A stretch of 64,000 nt of DNA from the human T2T-CHM13v2.0 reference genome, Homo sapiens. The stretch lies in the NCBI RefSeq assembly GCF_009914755.1, contig NC_060930.1. One strand, written 5' to 3'. Below the pieces are notes generated by a model. That model did no database searches. It worked only from the letters and a program-made list of their open reading frames with translations, and had not been told where the DNA came from. The position numbers and the translations under genes were made by a program. Shown in pieces: positions 12,900 to 32,458 of this stretch. Numbering within the stretch: the stretch's first letter is position 1; each line of letters begins with the position of its first letter.

Positions 12900-13925
12900 C
12901 ATTTGTCCTTGTTATTTGCAAATTCAGTATTTGTGAATCCATCTACTTGATAAAATTTATTTCTAACCCTCAAATTAATACGCTTGTGCTTTTGTGGTCT
13001 TTTGTAAACGTGCAGAACTGCTAAAAATGTGAGGCACCTGCCTGACCCACACATTCTAGCTGAGGTTGAACAAAGTGAGACTCTGCCTTCTTGTTTCAGT
13101 TCTCATACTGTATATAAGTAACCTTTTCCAGGTCTATTGAATGCCCTGTTTTTTGCATTTTGGGGCTTTTTGTTTGTGATTTCACTTTTTAAAATGGCCC
13201 CCAAGTGTAATGCTAAAGTGCTATCTGGTGTTCCAAAGCACAAGTTTACTGTAATATTCTTTATGGAGGCAAATATGGGCATTAGATAAGCTTCATTAAG
13301 GTATGGGTATAGTGGGGTTGGTCATCAGTTCAATATTAATAATCAATAATACTGTATATCTAGAAAAGGGAAGAATAAATTCTTTGATATCTACGTGAGG
13401 CCACTCCATAAAGTACTAAAGTAACATCTATGGTGTGTGATAAAGCTATGGGAAAATGGCTATATTTGTGGACTCATGAGATGACAACTGATTTTTAAAA
13501 TGTAGTGAATAGTGTTGCTGTTGAGGCTGAAAGCCAAAGAAAGTTACCCAGCATCAGAAAAATGTTAAACCATTCTTAGCAAATGCCGGCTGACTCACAT
13601 ATTGCAAATGGCCATATAGTATGAAAAATATTTAACTTTCAGATAAAGTGGGTTCTGAAGATCAGGATACTGGAGAATAATTTTTTAAAATAACTATTTA
13701 GTGCTATACAGGAAAAGAGTTGTGTGAAAGAACAGGTTTTCAACGCTGATGAGAATGGCTTGTTGAAACATGGACAGTAGCAAAATAACTTAGATAGCAT
13801 TTTGGTTGATGAAAATTTTGTGACTGGAGGCTTCTAGGAATCTAACCTTGTATTTCCCCTAAGAACAACACTTCAGAGTTCTAGTTTATAAAACATAACC
13901 TCCAAGAATAACAAGAATCAACCCT
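12900..13925 (+). mobile_element. TcMar-Tigger DNA transposon, internally deleted (Tigger6/MER82-related)
   Basis: MER82-like 'agctgaggttgaacaa...ctctgccttcttgtttcag...aaaatggcccccaag' and end 'aacataacc...gaataacaagaatc'. Transposase remnants include 'caggttttcaacgctgatgag' (QVFNADE). Confidence 0.75.
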
Positions 13926-14228
13926 ATGTATTTAATTACGATTTTGTTTTCTATGAAATTGAATTCCTTTGCTACATTGTATCAGTGAGTAATCTTCTTT
14001 GTAACTATTAGATATTTCCCTGAACAATGCAATTAATTGTGTGCAACTCTTTCTTCTTCCACGTATAAAAATTTTAAAATGGACAATTTTAGAACTCTCT
14101 GTATAAAAAATTAAAATAAGTAGACTAAAAATAGTTAAAAATTAAAATACCTGTTTCCTATGGACATATCACAATCCATTTGGAAAATTTTCAAGTGAAC
14201 ACATGAGCCTGGCTTAGAGGGGGCAGGA

Positions 14229-14427
14229 TTCTTTTCTTTTCTCTTTTCTTTTCTTTTCTTTTCTTTTCTTTTCTTTTCTTTTCTTTTCTCTTCTCTTCTT
14301 TTCCTTTCTTTCTTTCTTTCTTTCTTTCTTTCTCTCTCTCTCTTTCTTTCTTTCTCTCTCTTTCTTTCTTTTCTTTCTTTCTTTCTTTCTCTCTTTCTCT
14401 CTTTCTTTCTTTCTTCTTTTTTTTTTG
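14229..14427. repeat. Compound (TTTTC)n/(TTTC)n/(TC)n microsatellite (expanded Alu tail)
   Basis: ~200 bp pure pyrimidine tract. Confidence 0.95.
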
Positions 14428-14712
14428 ACGGAGTCTCGCTCTGTTGCCCAGGCTGGAGTGCAGTGGTGAAATCTTGGCTCACTGTAAGATCTGCCTCCCG
14501 GGTTCAAGGTTCATGCCATTCTCCTGCCTCAGCCTCTCGAATAGCTGGGACTACAGGTGCCCGCCACCACGCCTGTCTAATTTTTTGTATTTTTTAGTAG
14601 AGACGGGTTTTCACGTTGTTAGCCAGGATGGTCTCGATCTCCTGACCTCGTGATCTGCCTGCCTCAGCCTCCCAAAGTGCTGGGATTACAGGCATGAGCC
14701 ACTGCACCTGGC
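14417..14712 (-). mobile_element. AluY/Sc-like element
   Basis: 'ttagccaggatggtctcgatctcctgacctcgtgatc' and 'ggactacagg', with a small internal ggttca duplication. Confidence 0.92.
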
Positions 14713-15689
14713 TGGAGCAAGGGTTGTTTTAGTTTAGAAATTTCATTAGTTTTCGGAGGCATAGGACTCTCATAAATCTCCAGGTCTTGCGGACCTAGAA
14801 TAATCAACACTAATGTTTGAGCTGGCATTAGAGTAAGAGTTACACATGCAAGACATGGTGGACATTATTTAGTAGAACTTACAACAAGGTAATTAGATTA
14901 GTGTTTTACTATACTTTTATTTGAAGACTTTATGGAATAAAAAAGTATTATTCTTGTAGTAAATTGTTATTTTTTTACTTCCTTTTCTTATATTTAACAA
15001 GTATTTTCTATTATTTTGGTTATTTTGCCATAATTAAAGCAATTTACATTATAGAAAGATACAGCAGTAATTTAAAAGGTAAATAAGATCACGTGGTATA
15101 TTAAGATGCTAACAAATTTTATTTTAGTTTTTCAAACAGTATTAACCATCTGCTAAGTTATAGCTGCAAAACTAGCCATATGTTGAAGTCATTTCTCTTA
15201 TCCAATGTATACAGTTTTTTTAAAAAAGCCTTCGGCTGCTATTGTCCAAATATCCTGTAAAATACATGACAAGATTTTTTTTAAATTAACACAGGCAATT
15301 TATTTTGAGGGAGTTTGGTTATAGTGATCAAAGAAGAAATATTTCTCTGTATCACACTGAACAATTTTAAAGCAATGGTTTTATATCCGTTTTCAGTTTT
15401 TAATTATTCAAAGCATTTAGTAAAATTTAGAGGTTTTTACATATATAATGTATGTAAAAGTGAAGCATATTATTTTCAATTTCTAAAAGTTTCTTCTAAT
15501 TATATATTTGGCAAGTAAATGATTTCTCATGTTGAACTTGGTAAAGGCTGTTGACTATTTTTACTTTATATGGAAACTTTTATTATTCTATTGCCAAAAG
15601 CATAATGTTTGATGTATTGGTTTCTAGTTTTGCTAACTTTCAATATAATTATTATTTATAACTACTAAGAAAAATAATTTTCAAATTTC

Positions 15690-16185
15690 ATATGAACACA
15701 TCCATATTCATGATAGTATTATTCACAATAGCTAAAAGTATATGCAAACCGAGTGTCTGTCAACGAATGAATGGATAAACAAAATGAGGTATATATATAC
15801 AATGAAGTATTCAGCCTTAAAAAGAAAGAGAATTCTGATACATGTTAAAACATGGATGAACCATGGTTTGAGGACATTATGCCAAGTGAAATAAGCCACA
15901 CCCTCAAAATCAAATACTATATGATTCCACTTATATGAAGTATCTAATGTAGTCAAACACATAAAAACAGGAAGTAGAATGGCAGTTGTCAAGGGCTGAG
16001 GGGAGGAGGAAATGGGGAGTTTTTGTTTGATGTGGTAAAGAGTTTTAGTTTTTCAAGATGAAAAAGGTCTGGAGATTGGTTGTAAAACAAAGTGAATACA
16101 CTTAACCCTGGTGAACTGTACACTTAAAAATCGTTAAGATGGTAAATTTATGTCACGTGTATTTTATCACAATTAAAACATTTTT
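15690..16185 (+). mobile_element. L1MA/MB 3' end
   Basis: 'gaatggataaacaaaatg...tattcagccttaaaaag...gaactgtacacttaaaaat...gtattttatcacaatt'. Confidence 0.88.
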
Positions 16186-16949
16186 AAAATTTTATTTGAA
16201 GCAATTATTGAAATTATCAGTTTACCACTTTAACAGAATATAGTATTGCTTTTAAATAAATGTTAAAGTAAAATATTTTTCTAGCATTGAAGTATTAGGA
16301 AGAGATAAATATACTTTTCCAATTATATAAGTTTGCTATGTGTGTGTTTGTGTGTGTGGGGGGGGGATTATTTTCTAATCCCACAAATATTTGTGATACT
16401 TGTTTAAAAGAAAAATCTTTGCTTAGGAAATGTTCATAGTAAAATTTTCACTTCTATTTTCTTAAATAAAAAGTCCACTGCACGTGATCCTAAAGCCAGT
16501 TTTTTATCATGTGATCTGTGTATTATCCTCAGTGTTGATGCTGGAACTTGGGCAAATTATCCCTCTTAAAGAATTATTAAGCATTATAAATTACAACGAG
16601 TAGCATTTGATAATTGATTAGCCCAATCTTTATAAATCCTTTCTTTTCTATTCTCCCACAGTGCATTATCCTGATAGTCTCTGATATCTCAAAATATACT
16701 TTTTATTGCCCCCTCTGTTCTCTGCTCCCTATTTTCTCCAACTCTGCTCTTCCCTACCCAAAGAATGCCTCCAGATATATACATTTTGCAATGTTCACTC
16801 CTTGGATTTTTGCTGTTCTTGAAAGAGGCTTTTTTCCCCTTAAAATAATTAATTTATTCTCATAATTGTAATTCCTATACTTGGAGAAAGGCTCTATCAA
16901 CTCAAGGTTAAAAGATTTCAAAGTATCAATAAAAGGAAACAATTGTATT

Positions 16950-17830
16950 CTTTTTCATTGATTTATTTAATAAACATTTCTTGAGTACCTAGTATATGTG
17001 GTAGAAGCTAAGGATAGAAAATCTATGAGAAATTTAAGATTTAGAAAGAGAGAGAGGCAAACAAATCAATGATTTTAGGACAGTGAGATAATATAGTATT
17101 TATGATAATATAATTCCTGGGGAGTATAAAAACATGGAAAAGAGAAACTCAGTATGGGTTGGTAAATGTTCAACAACTAGTTCTTTGGAGGAAAAAAAAG
17201 CAATTTGAGGCAGGTGTCCATTCCCCTGGTGTAAATACCTCTACTATGGATAATTTGGGGCATCAGTATGATGCCACTGAACATAGAGGTGGGAAGAAAC
17301 CTGCACAATAGATTCTCAGGAGCCTGTTTGAACCAGCTCCAGCTAAACTAACTTTAAGTCAGATTAGATGTGTTATAAGGAAAGTTTCCTGAAGAAAACA
17401 ACATGTGAGATGAAACTGATGAATGAGGAGGAGTTATCTGGATGAAGGTGATGAGTGGGGCAGAAAAATTGATTTCTATTAGCAGAAACAGCATGTGTAT
17501 GATATGTACTTTTGCAACAAAGTGATATGTTTTTGTGAACTTAAATGGTTATGCTTAGCTATAGCAAAGTGTTGGCACAAGGGGAGAGTGGCAGGTAAAC
17601 CTGGAGAGAAGGGTTTTGTGTGATAAGATGAGTATTGAACTCTAAAAAGGAGCTACATGAGGTAGAACTGGATATAACAAACCAAAAGTCCATGATTTCT
17701 GTCAATGTAGGTTTTATACACTTTGTTGAATATCTACTATTGGCCAGGTACTATGTTAAGCACTTGGCATATAAAGATAAATAAAATACAGCAATTTGTG
17801 CTCTTGAGGAAATTTCAGTTGAGTTGGAAG
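16950..17830 (-). mobile_element. L2 fragments
   Basis: 'ttcattgatttatttaataaacatttcttgagtacctagtatatgtg' and 'ttgttgaatatctactattggccaggtactatg'. Confidence 0.6.
17150..17350 (+). mobile_element. MER63-like hAT-Blackjack element
   Basis: 'tggtaaatgttcaacaac...tggtgtaaatac...gggaagaaac...ctcaggagcc...ccagctccagc'. Confidence 0.7.
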
Positions 17831-18164
17831 CTTGTTAGATGGTGGACAGATCCCTGGTAACTTAATTAATCAATAATGTCTTTTGTAGACACTTGCATCT
17901 AATCTTCACTCTTTAGTTAACCTCTGTATTTTCTGTCATTTATGCCTACCCAAGTTTCCACATTATACTTATTTATAGATCTAAATGCTTAACATTGACT
18001 ACAACTCTGAGCTCAAGCCTTACATTTTTAAATTCCTACTCTATCTTTCTGATTAGTATTCTGCCACCATCTCAAAATTAACATATCTTAAACAAGCTCA
18101 GCTTTCACTAAACCAAGTCATTTTGTACTCTTCCCACTTCTAAATTCTCAGGCTTAAAAAAATA

Positions 18165-24600
<6,436 letters not shown>

Positions 24601-26879
24601 ATTTATGTGTATGTGTCTATATGTGTGCATATGAGTGTGTGTGTGTGTATCATTTTTTACTAGAGAGGGAGTCTAAAAGTCACTTTTAGTCAAAGTCCAA
24701 AAGCAATTAATGAATTATAGGAAGTAATAGTTAAGTAGATAAATCATACTTTGAACTATTGTTTTCAATTTTCTCTACAAATATTTTAATATTAGATGTG
24801 CAATTTATTGATTAATATTTTGGAGAATTTAAATAAATATAATTTCTTTGTTATACATTAATTCTCCTGCCTTCGAACTACTCCAATCCCCTGCAGAACT
24901 AAGTAAAAACACTGACCCTGCTCATTATCAAGTCATCTGCTTCAAGGCTTGAGATTTGCTAAGCTACTGTAATGTGTTACAACATACAGCCTTGCTTTAA
25001 AGGAGGTTTCATCAACTTTTAGTAGGCTTACTGTTCATGTTTGGCTAATCCTGTAAGAGTTGAAAGATCTCAGAATTTTTACTCTCCATGCAGAAATAAA
25101 AGGTCAAAAAGACCTGTTTGGTGGTCTGGTCCTGTGCCAAAAAAAGATTACCTTCTCAGCAGCTTTGTGTGTAATTTTCTGTTTGATTTTTGAAATTTTA
25201 AATTACTGAACTTGAACCACTTGCTTTAGGAGACCATTTCAGAGAACAAATAACTGCTTGGGCTTATCCTAGTTATATATTTAAATTATAATAGAAAGTG
25301 TCTTAAGTACTAAAGGTTAGATAAATCCTGATAAACGGCAGCGATTCAGATTATCTTTGTCGAGAACGTGTTACTGATCCGCTTACTGTTAAAATTTCCA
25401 TTTCAAAAATAGTGAACATTTTTTCTCTATGTGAAAGGAATACACATGTATTTACAATAAAATAAAAGCTTCTTAACTTGATAAAATTGGGCTTGAGAGT
25501 CTCCCTTCAGCTGCCCATAATTGGTGGCAAAATTTATACTTGAGCGCAAAGCAGACCATGATAATGTTGATTTTGTTGTAGTAAAGAAAATAGAAGAAGC
25601 CTAATTTTAAAATCTACGTTGGATGCAATATCCTCTGTATTGACAACTAAACTTTGATCTTTTCCTCTTGGAATTGGTTTGGTATGGAAAGCAAAAATTG
25701 TAGAGCCACTTTAGTTTGTATTTTATTTATTGCTATTGATCACTATCTTCTTCTTCTTTTTTTGGCTACCACTTTTCTGACATCTCCTGCTTCTAGTCAC
25801 TTCTAGTTACATGAACAAAATGGTATGTTGCAGGTCTGTGAGCAAAACTTGAAAGCTCTTATCTTTCTGTAAGTGTGAATCTCAATGTGTCACTTGTCCT
25901 TGTGCTTTATGAGCTTTATATTATTGCCTTTACTTTTCTTTGTCTTGTTTTCTCCTTCACTTTCAGCAGTCTGGTTTCCAGTTCACTAAAATCATGTCCT
26001 TATTACCAATTTTAAGTGTATGACTCATTACTTATCCTTTCAGATTGCATTATTTCCTCCTTGAAATCACTCTTCAGATTCCAGCAGTATAGTCACCCTA
26101 TTCCCCATTCTTAATCTTTGTAACTCTCAATTACCATTATTTTCTAAGAGTTTGTTTTCTTAAGACTGGTGCCAATTGCTCTATATTTTCCTATTTTTAA
26201 TTGAGAAAATTTGTCAGGAGATAGCATGTAATTATAAAGACTACATCTTAGAGATAGCTTACTATGTCCAGCTCCACACAGAAATATTTTAGTGAGATCA
26301 GCTTTACATCTATACTTGCCTAGAAAGGTATCTTTTTTCCTTGTTAGTGCTTGTATTGACATTGTGGATGTTTGCCTCTGTGGCAATCATTTTTTGTGCT
26401 CATATAGCTGAACAACCTTCTTTTGAGTGAAACATTCTTTACTCAGTTATATCTGTAATATTAATTTGGTTATGATCAATTTTTGCTGGCCAAAGAATAT
26501 GCCTTTATATCTACTGTGTTTGCTTTCTTGGTTTAATTATTGGAAGAAAATTCTAACCATCCTTGTTTTTCTTATGTGCTTCTAGGACTTCGGTAATCAT
26601 CCATTTGATTACATATAAACATATACTTTTAAATTCATGTCATGCTATATCAAGACTAAAAATAATATGACAAAACAATATATGCGCTTCCAATTTCTCT
26701 CCTAGCTACTTCTAAGCACTTGGCAAAATGTCCTTTCCTATTTCATTTTGACATCTTTTTTTTTCCAGCTGCATAGGTATTCTCTGTACATTGGAGAAAC
26801 CAGTCAATATACTTTAGGAAAACTATAGGTTGAAATCAAAGTCTGAAGTCACATCATTTGTAGTGAATTATGAAATATA

Positions 26880-27860
26880 TTTTTAGAAACAAGACATAGC
26901 AGACACTGTGCTAGTAGAAGAGATGAGCATGTTATCATATTTGTCTCTAGTCACTCAAAGTATCATGAGAGTGGCAGATATAGAAATGAGTTATTTTAAT
27001 ACAGAGGAATGTATTGGAGGGGGATAGATTTGGTCCATTGCTGTGTCTGGCGGGGGTAAGGGCTTTCAAAAAGTAATATTTGAGTTTTGTGAAGAGTGAA
27101 TAGGATTCTCCTGATGAGCCGGAGGAGCACACTGCTAATTGTATTTAGGGAAGCTGAGTTTGGCTGTGGATTGCAAAGCAAGAGGTGAGTGGGGGTAAAG
27201 TTGGAAAGATAAGCTATTTGTGATCCCAAAAGACCTTCACTATCCTGATTGGGAATCTTAACATCTTCCGGTAGGTAAATGAAAGCCATGAAGACTTTTA
27301 AGCAAAGGAGCAATATAACTTATTGTTACATATGTGTTTGGCTTTGGGAATAGTTATCTGGACACTAAAGAAGGTAGCTTGAAGAAGAGTCAATCTGGTA
27401 GCAGGAAGGCCAGTTATAAGAGTGTTGGGTGGATTAAGTCAGTGATGAGTGTTTAAGTTATAATGGTGGTGAAGAAAAGGCATCGGATTTAAGGTATATT
27501 TCTAGAGAAAACTGTATGAGACTCAGTGAAAAATTTGCTATGAAGAAAAAGAAAGATGGGATAATTATGAATTCCATAGCTTAGGAAACTAGTAAGTGGA
27601 GATGTCTTTAACAAGATAGAAGAAAACTGTGAGTGGACACAGTGAAAGTATATCTCTTCCTTTCACTAACAGGGAAACAGTAGACAAGTTAGATTTAATC
27701 ACTGTTTTTCAGTATGACCACATTGTGCCATTCAGGAGGCAATGCAAATGTAGGGTTAGAACTTCGGAGAAAGATAAAAGCTGGAGACATAGATGTGAGA
27801 GAGACCATAGCCCACTGAAGCTGACTTCAACCAGAGAAAGAGAGCCTGTCGATAAAGAGA
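26880..27860 (-). mobile_element. L2 fragments
   Basis: 'gaaagccatgaagacttttaagcaaaggag...ggaaggccagttataagag...aaagctggagacatagatg'. Confidence 0.6.
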
Positions 27861-30552
27861 AGTTAAGAGGTTCAGGAACGGTAAGAATACTGTTCTTGGT
27901 ATGACAAAAGGGGTTTTGTTTGGGAATGAATTGAGAGATTTAAAGACATTCCATGGATATTAGGGAACATTTATGAAACCAGACGTTTTAGAAATTTCTG
28001 GACATGTCCTGCTGTATGGTTGAGACCAATCAGTAAAGGGATCTCCACCCCCATCCCCTGTCACTTCTTGACCTTGGTCTTGCATTCCTCAGTCAAGTAG
28101 TGTAGTTATTTTATTTGTGAAAATTGTCATGAGAGTTATTAATCCATCATACCCTCTGGCCCCTGACACTCATTTACTTTTACTATTTCTAAATTTTGCC
28201 ACTTAGTTTTTGAATTTTAAGGCTTGTGCTTCTTAATTTCTTTAGTCTAATAATAAACTTTCTTTTCCATCAACTTCTAACTCCTCTGCTCTTTCTCTTT
28301 TGACACCACTTTGAAAATGATCCTCACCCTTTATAGTTTTCACATGTCCATCTGTTGCTCTTTGCAGCAGATTCCTTTCCTGGCTTCAGAGTACTCTTTC
28401 AACATCCTTCTGTATATCTTTATATATCCTTTGTCCTTTCCCTTGACTCCATCTGAGCAGCCATTCTCTGTTTGTTTGCTTCATCTGTTAAAGTCTTGCC
28501 TAAACTTTATCCCACTATCCCCTTTTGTTAGAATAATGTACTGGTCTTTCTCAACCGCCTTTTAATTTAAACATCCTTTTTAAAAAGTTATTCCTTAATT
28601 TGTCTCATAGCACACCTTCATTTACCCAAGGTACTGCTTCTGAGAAAGGAACTATCACATTTGAACATTTGTCCAGCATAGGGTGTACACTTCTTGAAGA
28701 AAAGGATTTTTTTAAATATTTATATGTCCTTATATTTTGGATTTTTAAAATCTTTTAATCTATAATGAATAGAATTTTAATTGAGAAAGATTTAAAACTG
28801 ATGTTTCTATAATTCTATAAGTTCTGGTACTTCACCATAAATGTATGCATATGCATTTTTCTTATGGAGATGATTTATGATTTTAGCTAATTCTTAAGGG
28901 TGTCCAAGATGACAATAAGCATGCCTATGTAAGGATTTAAAGATCAAGATCTTACCTTCAACTTATACAAGGAATAAATATGGTTAGATTTTTATATGAA
29001 CTTGGAAATAATCCATGTATGATTAATATCATTACTTTTCTTCCTTAACCTGTCTGGTTTGTGTTAATATTACATTTTATTAATTTACTTATCATATTCA
29101 ACAGGACCCAGTGCTTATAGACTATCTTTTTGTAATGTTAGCTGTTTTGTAAAGATTTTGAATGTAGCTCTTCTTAAAGTTGTTCTTTGGGAAACCTTTT
29201 TTTATTTTTTCCAAAGAACAAAATCTGAAACAGGGAAACAGGAGCTTCTGGCAGTGTAGAAGTAAAGCATGTAATTTTCTAGCCATTCAGTTGCTACCTA
29301 TCCTGCCACCAGAGATTCAGTCTAATTATACTCACTGATCTGAGCTAGCCATAGAGAGAGACATGATGTATGTGAAAGGGGAGGTCCTTTGAAGAGTTAA
29401 AGCAATCTTTCTTTAAAAGCTAGCTCTGTCTTTGCCTTGATGCATGCTTTAACTGCTCCTTCCTGCCCATGATGCAAACCCAGATTCCAATAAAGTAGGT
29501 GACAGAGTGGAAGCTGAAGGTACTAACATTAATCAAAAGGAAGTCTAATTTTTCTATCCTTCAGTTCCACCAAGTGACAGGGTGATTTTTACTTTTCTCT
29601 TCAAGAATTCTAATATGCTGGGTGACTTTTAGGGTTCGCCTTTTTTTCGAAGCATCCCGGTGTCATACCGACAAATGATCATATTATCTGCAAGATGCCA
29701 GGATTTGGATCATATATGCACATCTGGTTAATTTTTTTTCCAGTGTAGGGACACTGGACCCAGTGTCCACCTGACTCAGGTGATATGGGGCTAGTGTTCT
29801 TTTTATTGACCCTATGAAATTAGGTAGTGATTCTGTATTTCTGAATAAGTGTCAAAGGCTCCCATGGTAATCAACTTTTCTGACATTGATATAGATACTA
29901 AATGTTCATTTTTGTGGATTTTAACTGTTTTCTCACTCCTTCTTTTAGTTTGTATAAATACAATATTGAGAAAGTGATGTTACATGTAGTTAGATAAAAT
30001 GAATGTTTTTTGTGTAATTGGTTATGATTTTGGGGCAGTTACAATAACTTAGTTGAAGTTCCTTTTTAGAATAGAAATAAATTTGAATTGTAGAAATGCT
30101 TCTTTTGCTCCAGGCCTCGAGTAATACCTCTGCAAGTGAAGCCATAATATAGCGAAGTTCATATCTTAATTGTATGTGCAATTGTCTTTTAGCACAAATG
30201 ATGGAGTCATTGCTTTATAAAACAATGCTTATTTTATTATTCTTTGAATTAAGTTTGAAAACTTTCTTCTTATTAGAAATTGTTTGTTTACTTGCTGAAT
30301 GCAGAAAATCTTCCTGTAACCTCCAAATTTAGGGCCCAGATTGTTTGAATCTAGAGACTTGAGTCAACACTCACCACTGCTCCCTGCTTTTTGCCTCTTT
30401 TCATTATGCCAACTGGAGCAAATCATCTCTCCTCCTTCAAAGTATTTCTGACCTCCCCACCACATACTATTTCCTACATTACTTTTATTATATAAATATA
30501 CTCTTTAGACTTTTCCTAAACTAAAAGGAGTTATGGTAGGCAGTGTTAGAGG

Positions 30553-31159
30553 TGTATTAATTCCCCAGTGCTGTGTAACAAATGACCACAAACAGTGGCT
30601 TTGAAACAACATGCATTTATTGGCTCACAGTTCTGTTCGTCAGAAGTTCTACACAGCATGGCTACTTTTTAGGTCAGCTTCTCTCAGACTTGAAGTCCAG
30701 ATATCAGCTAAAATGAATTCATATCTACAGACTTTGTTGAGAAAAGGGTGGGAGGAAGAAAAACCCCCAGCTGTTTGGAACTCACTTTTATTGGTATTCA
30801 ATTCCTTGAGATTGTAGGCCTGAGGTCCCTATTTCCTTGCTTGCTGTCAGCTAAGGGATATTCAAAACTGCTAGAGGTCCCCACATTCCTTGCCATGCAG
30901 CCTCTTCCTTCTTTAAGGATCAAGGGTGCTTTGGAATCACCTTGGCTTCTCTGCCACTGACATCTAGGTTAATATTTAAAGGGCTCTGTGATTAGGTTAG
31001 ACTCCCCCAGATAATCTCCCTATATTAAACTCAAATGATTCTGGTCCTTAATTATATCTGAAAAAAATCCCTTCACAGCAGTACTTATATTAGAGTTTGA
31101 GTGTATAAGTGGGAGAAGGTATGTATAAACCAGAAGCTGTCAGAATTCTGCCTATCACA
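30553..31159 (-). mobile_element. MLT1 (E/F/G-type) MaLR solo LTR
   Basis: 'tgtattaattccc...gtaacaaatgaccacaaac...tttattggctcacagttctg' through 'gaattctgcctatcaca'. Confidence 0.8.
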
Positions 31160-31692
31160 GATGACTTGCCCATTAGCCACTCCTAATCCATTTCTTCCAT
31201 GCCATACCAAGTATAGAAATAGAAAGCTGCATAACCTGTTTTCCAGCCTCCCTCCAGGTAGGGTGACTGGTTGACCCAGTTTTGACCAATAAGATATTAA
31301 GAAGAAACTGACTAGGAGTCAACTGAGAAACTTGCTTTCCTGATAAAATGAACAGATCCCTGGAGATTTTCTTCCTCCCTTCTTACTGTATGGAATTTGG
31401 GTTTGATACTGGAGCTGCACTGGTCATCTGGTGACCATGAAGTGATACACATGTATACAATGCCATCTTGGTAACAGCTGTACACATTTCTCATGGGGCA
31501 ATTGGTGATGTTCTTGTTTGATAAAACAATGCTGTGGGAAAGAAGCTAGGAAGAGAGCCCTCACTATAATCTGACCATGCTTCACCCTGATCTTGGACTT
31601 CCAGTCTCCAAAACTATAGGAAAATAAATTTCTATTGCTCATGCTACCCATCCTATGGTATTTTGTTATGGAAGCATGATTTCACTAAGACA
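31160..31692 (+). mobile_element. Old MLT1 LTR fragments (composite)
   Basis: 'ccagcctccctccaggtaggg...cccagttttgaccaataagat' and the 3' end 'ttggacttccagtctccaaaact...aaataaatttcta...ctaagaca'. Confidence 0.65.
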
Positions 31693-32002
31693 CTTTATTA
31701 AAAATGGGATATATAGCATAACAGCACTGAAATATTGATGTTAAAATAGAATTCTGCAATGAGAAATTTTCCTTGCAGATACTAGAATCTTGATTGAAAT
31801 ATTCTGATAGTATCCCCTCACCCCAGACATACTAACATTTAGAAATGTATTATAACTTTGGATTCATAAACATAAGAAAAGATGGAGAGTTATTAAAGCC
31901 ATACTAGAGAACTAGAACGATACACATTGAGTATGCAACACATTATAAAATGCATTAAAGTTCTCATACATACTTCCAGTTCATCTTTAAGAGGTACAGT
32001 AA

Positions 32003-32383
<381 letters not shown>

Positions 32384-32458
32384 TACTTGTTTGTTTTAAA
32401 TGTTGTTTTGTTTCTCTATTACAAAAAAAAAACAAAAACCAACAACAAAAAAACTGCT

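Noticed and set aside
14135-14507. Lys/Arg/Glu-rich ORFs
   Set aside because: These are translations of the Alu-tail microsatellite.
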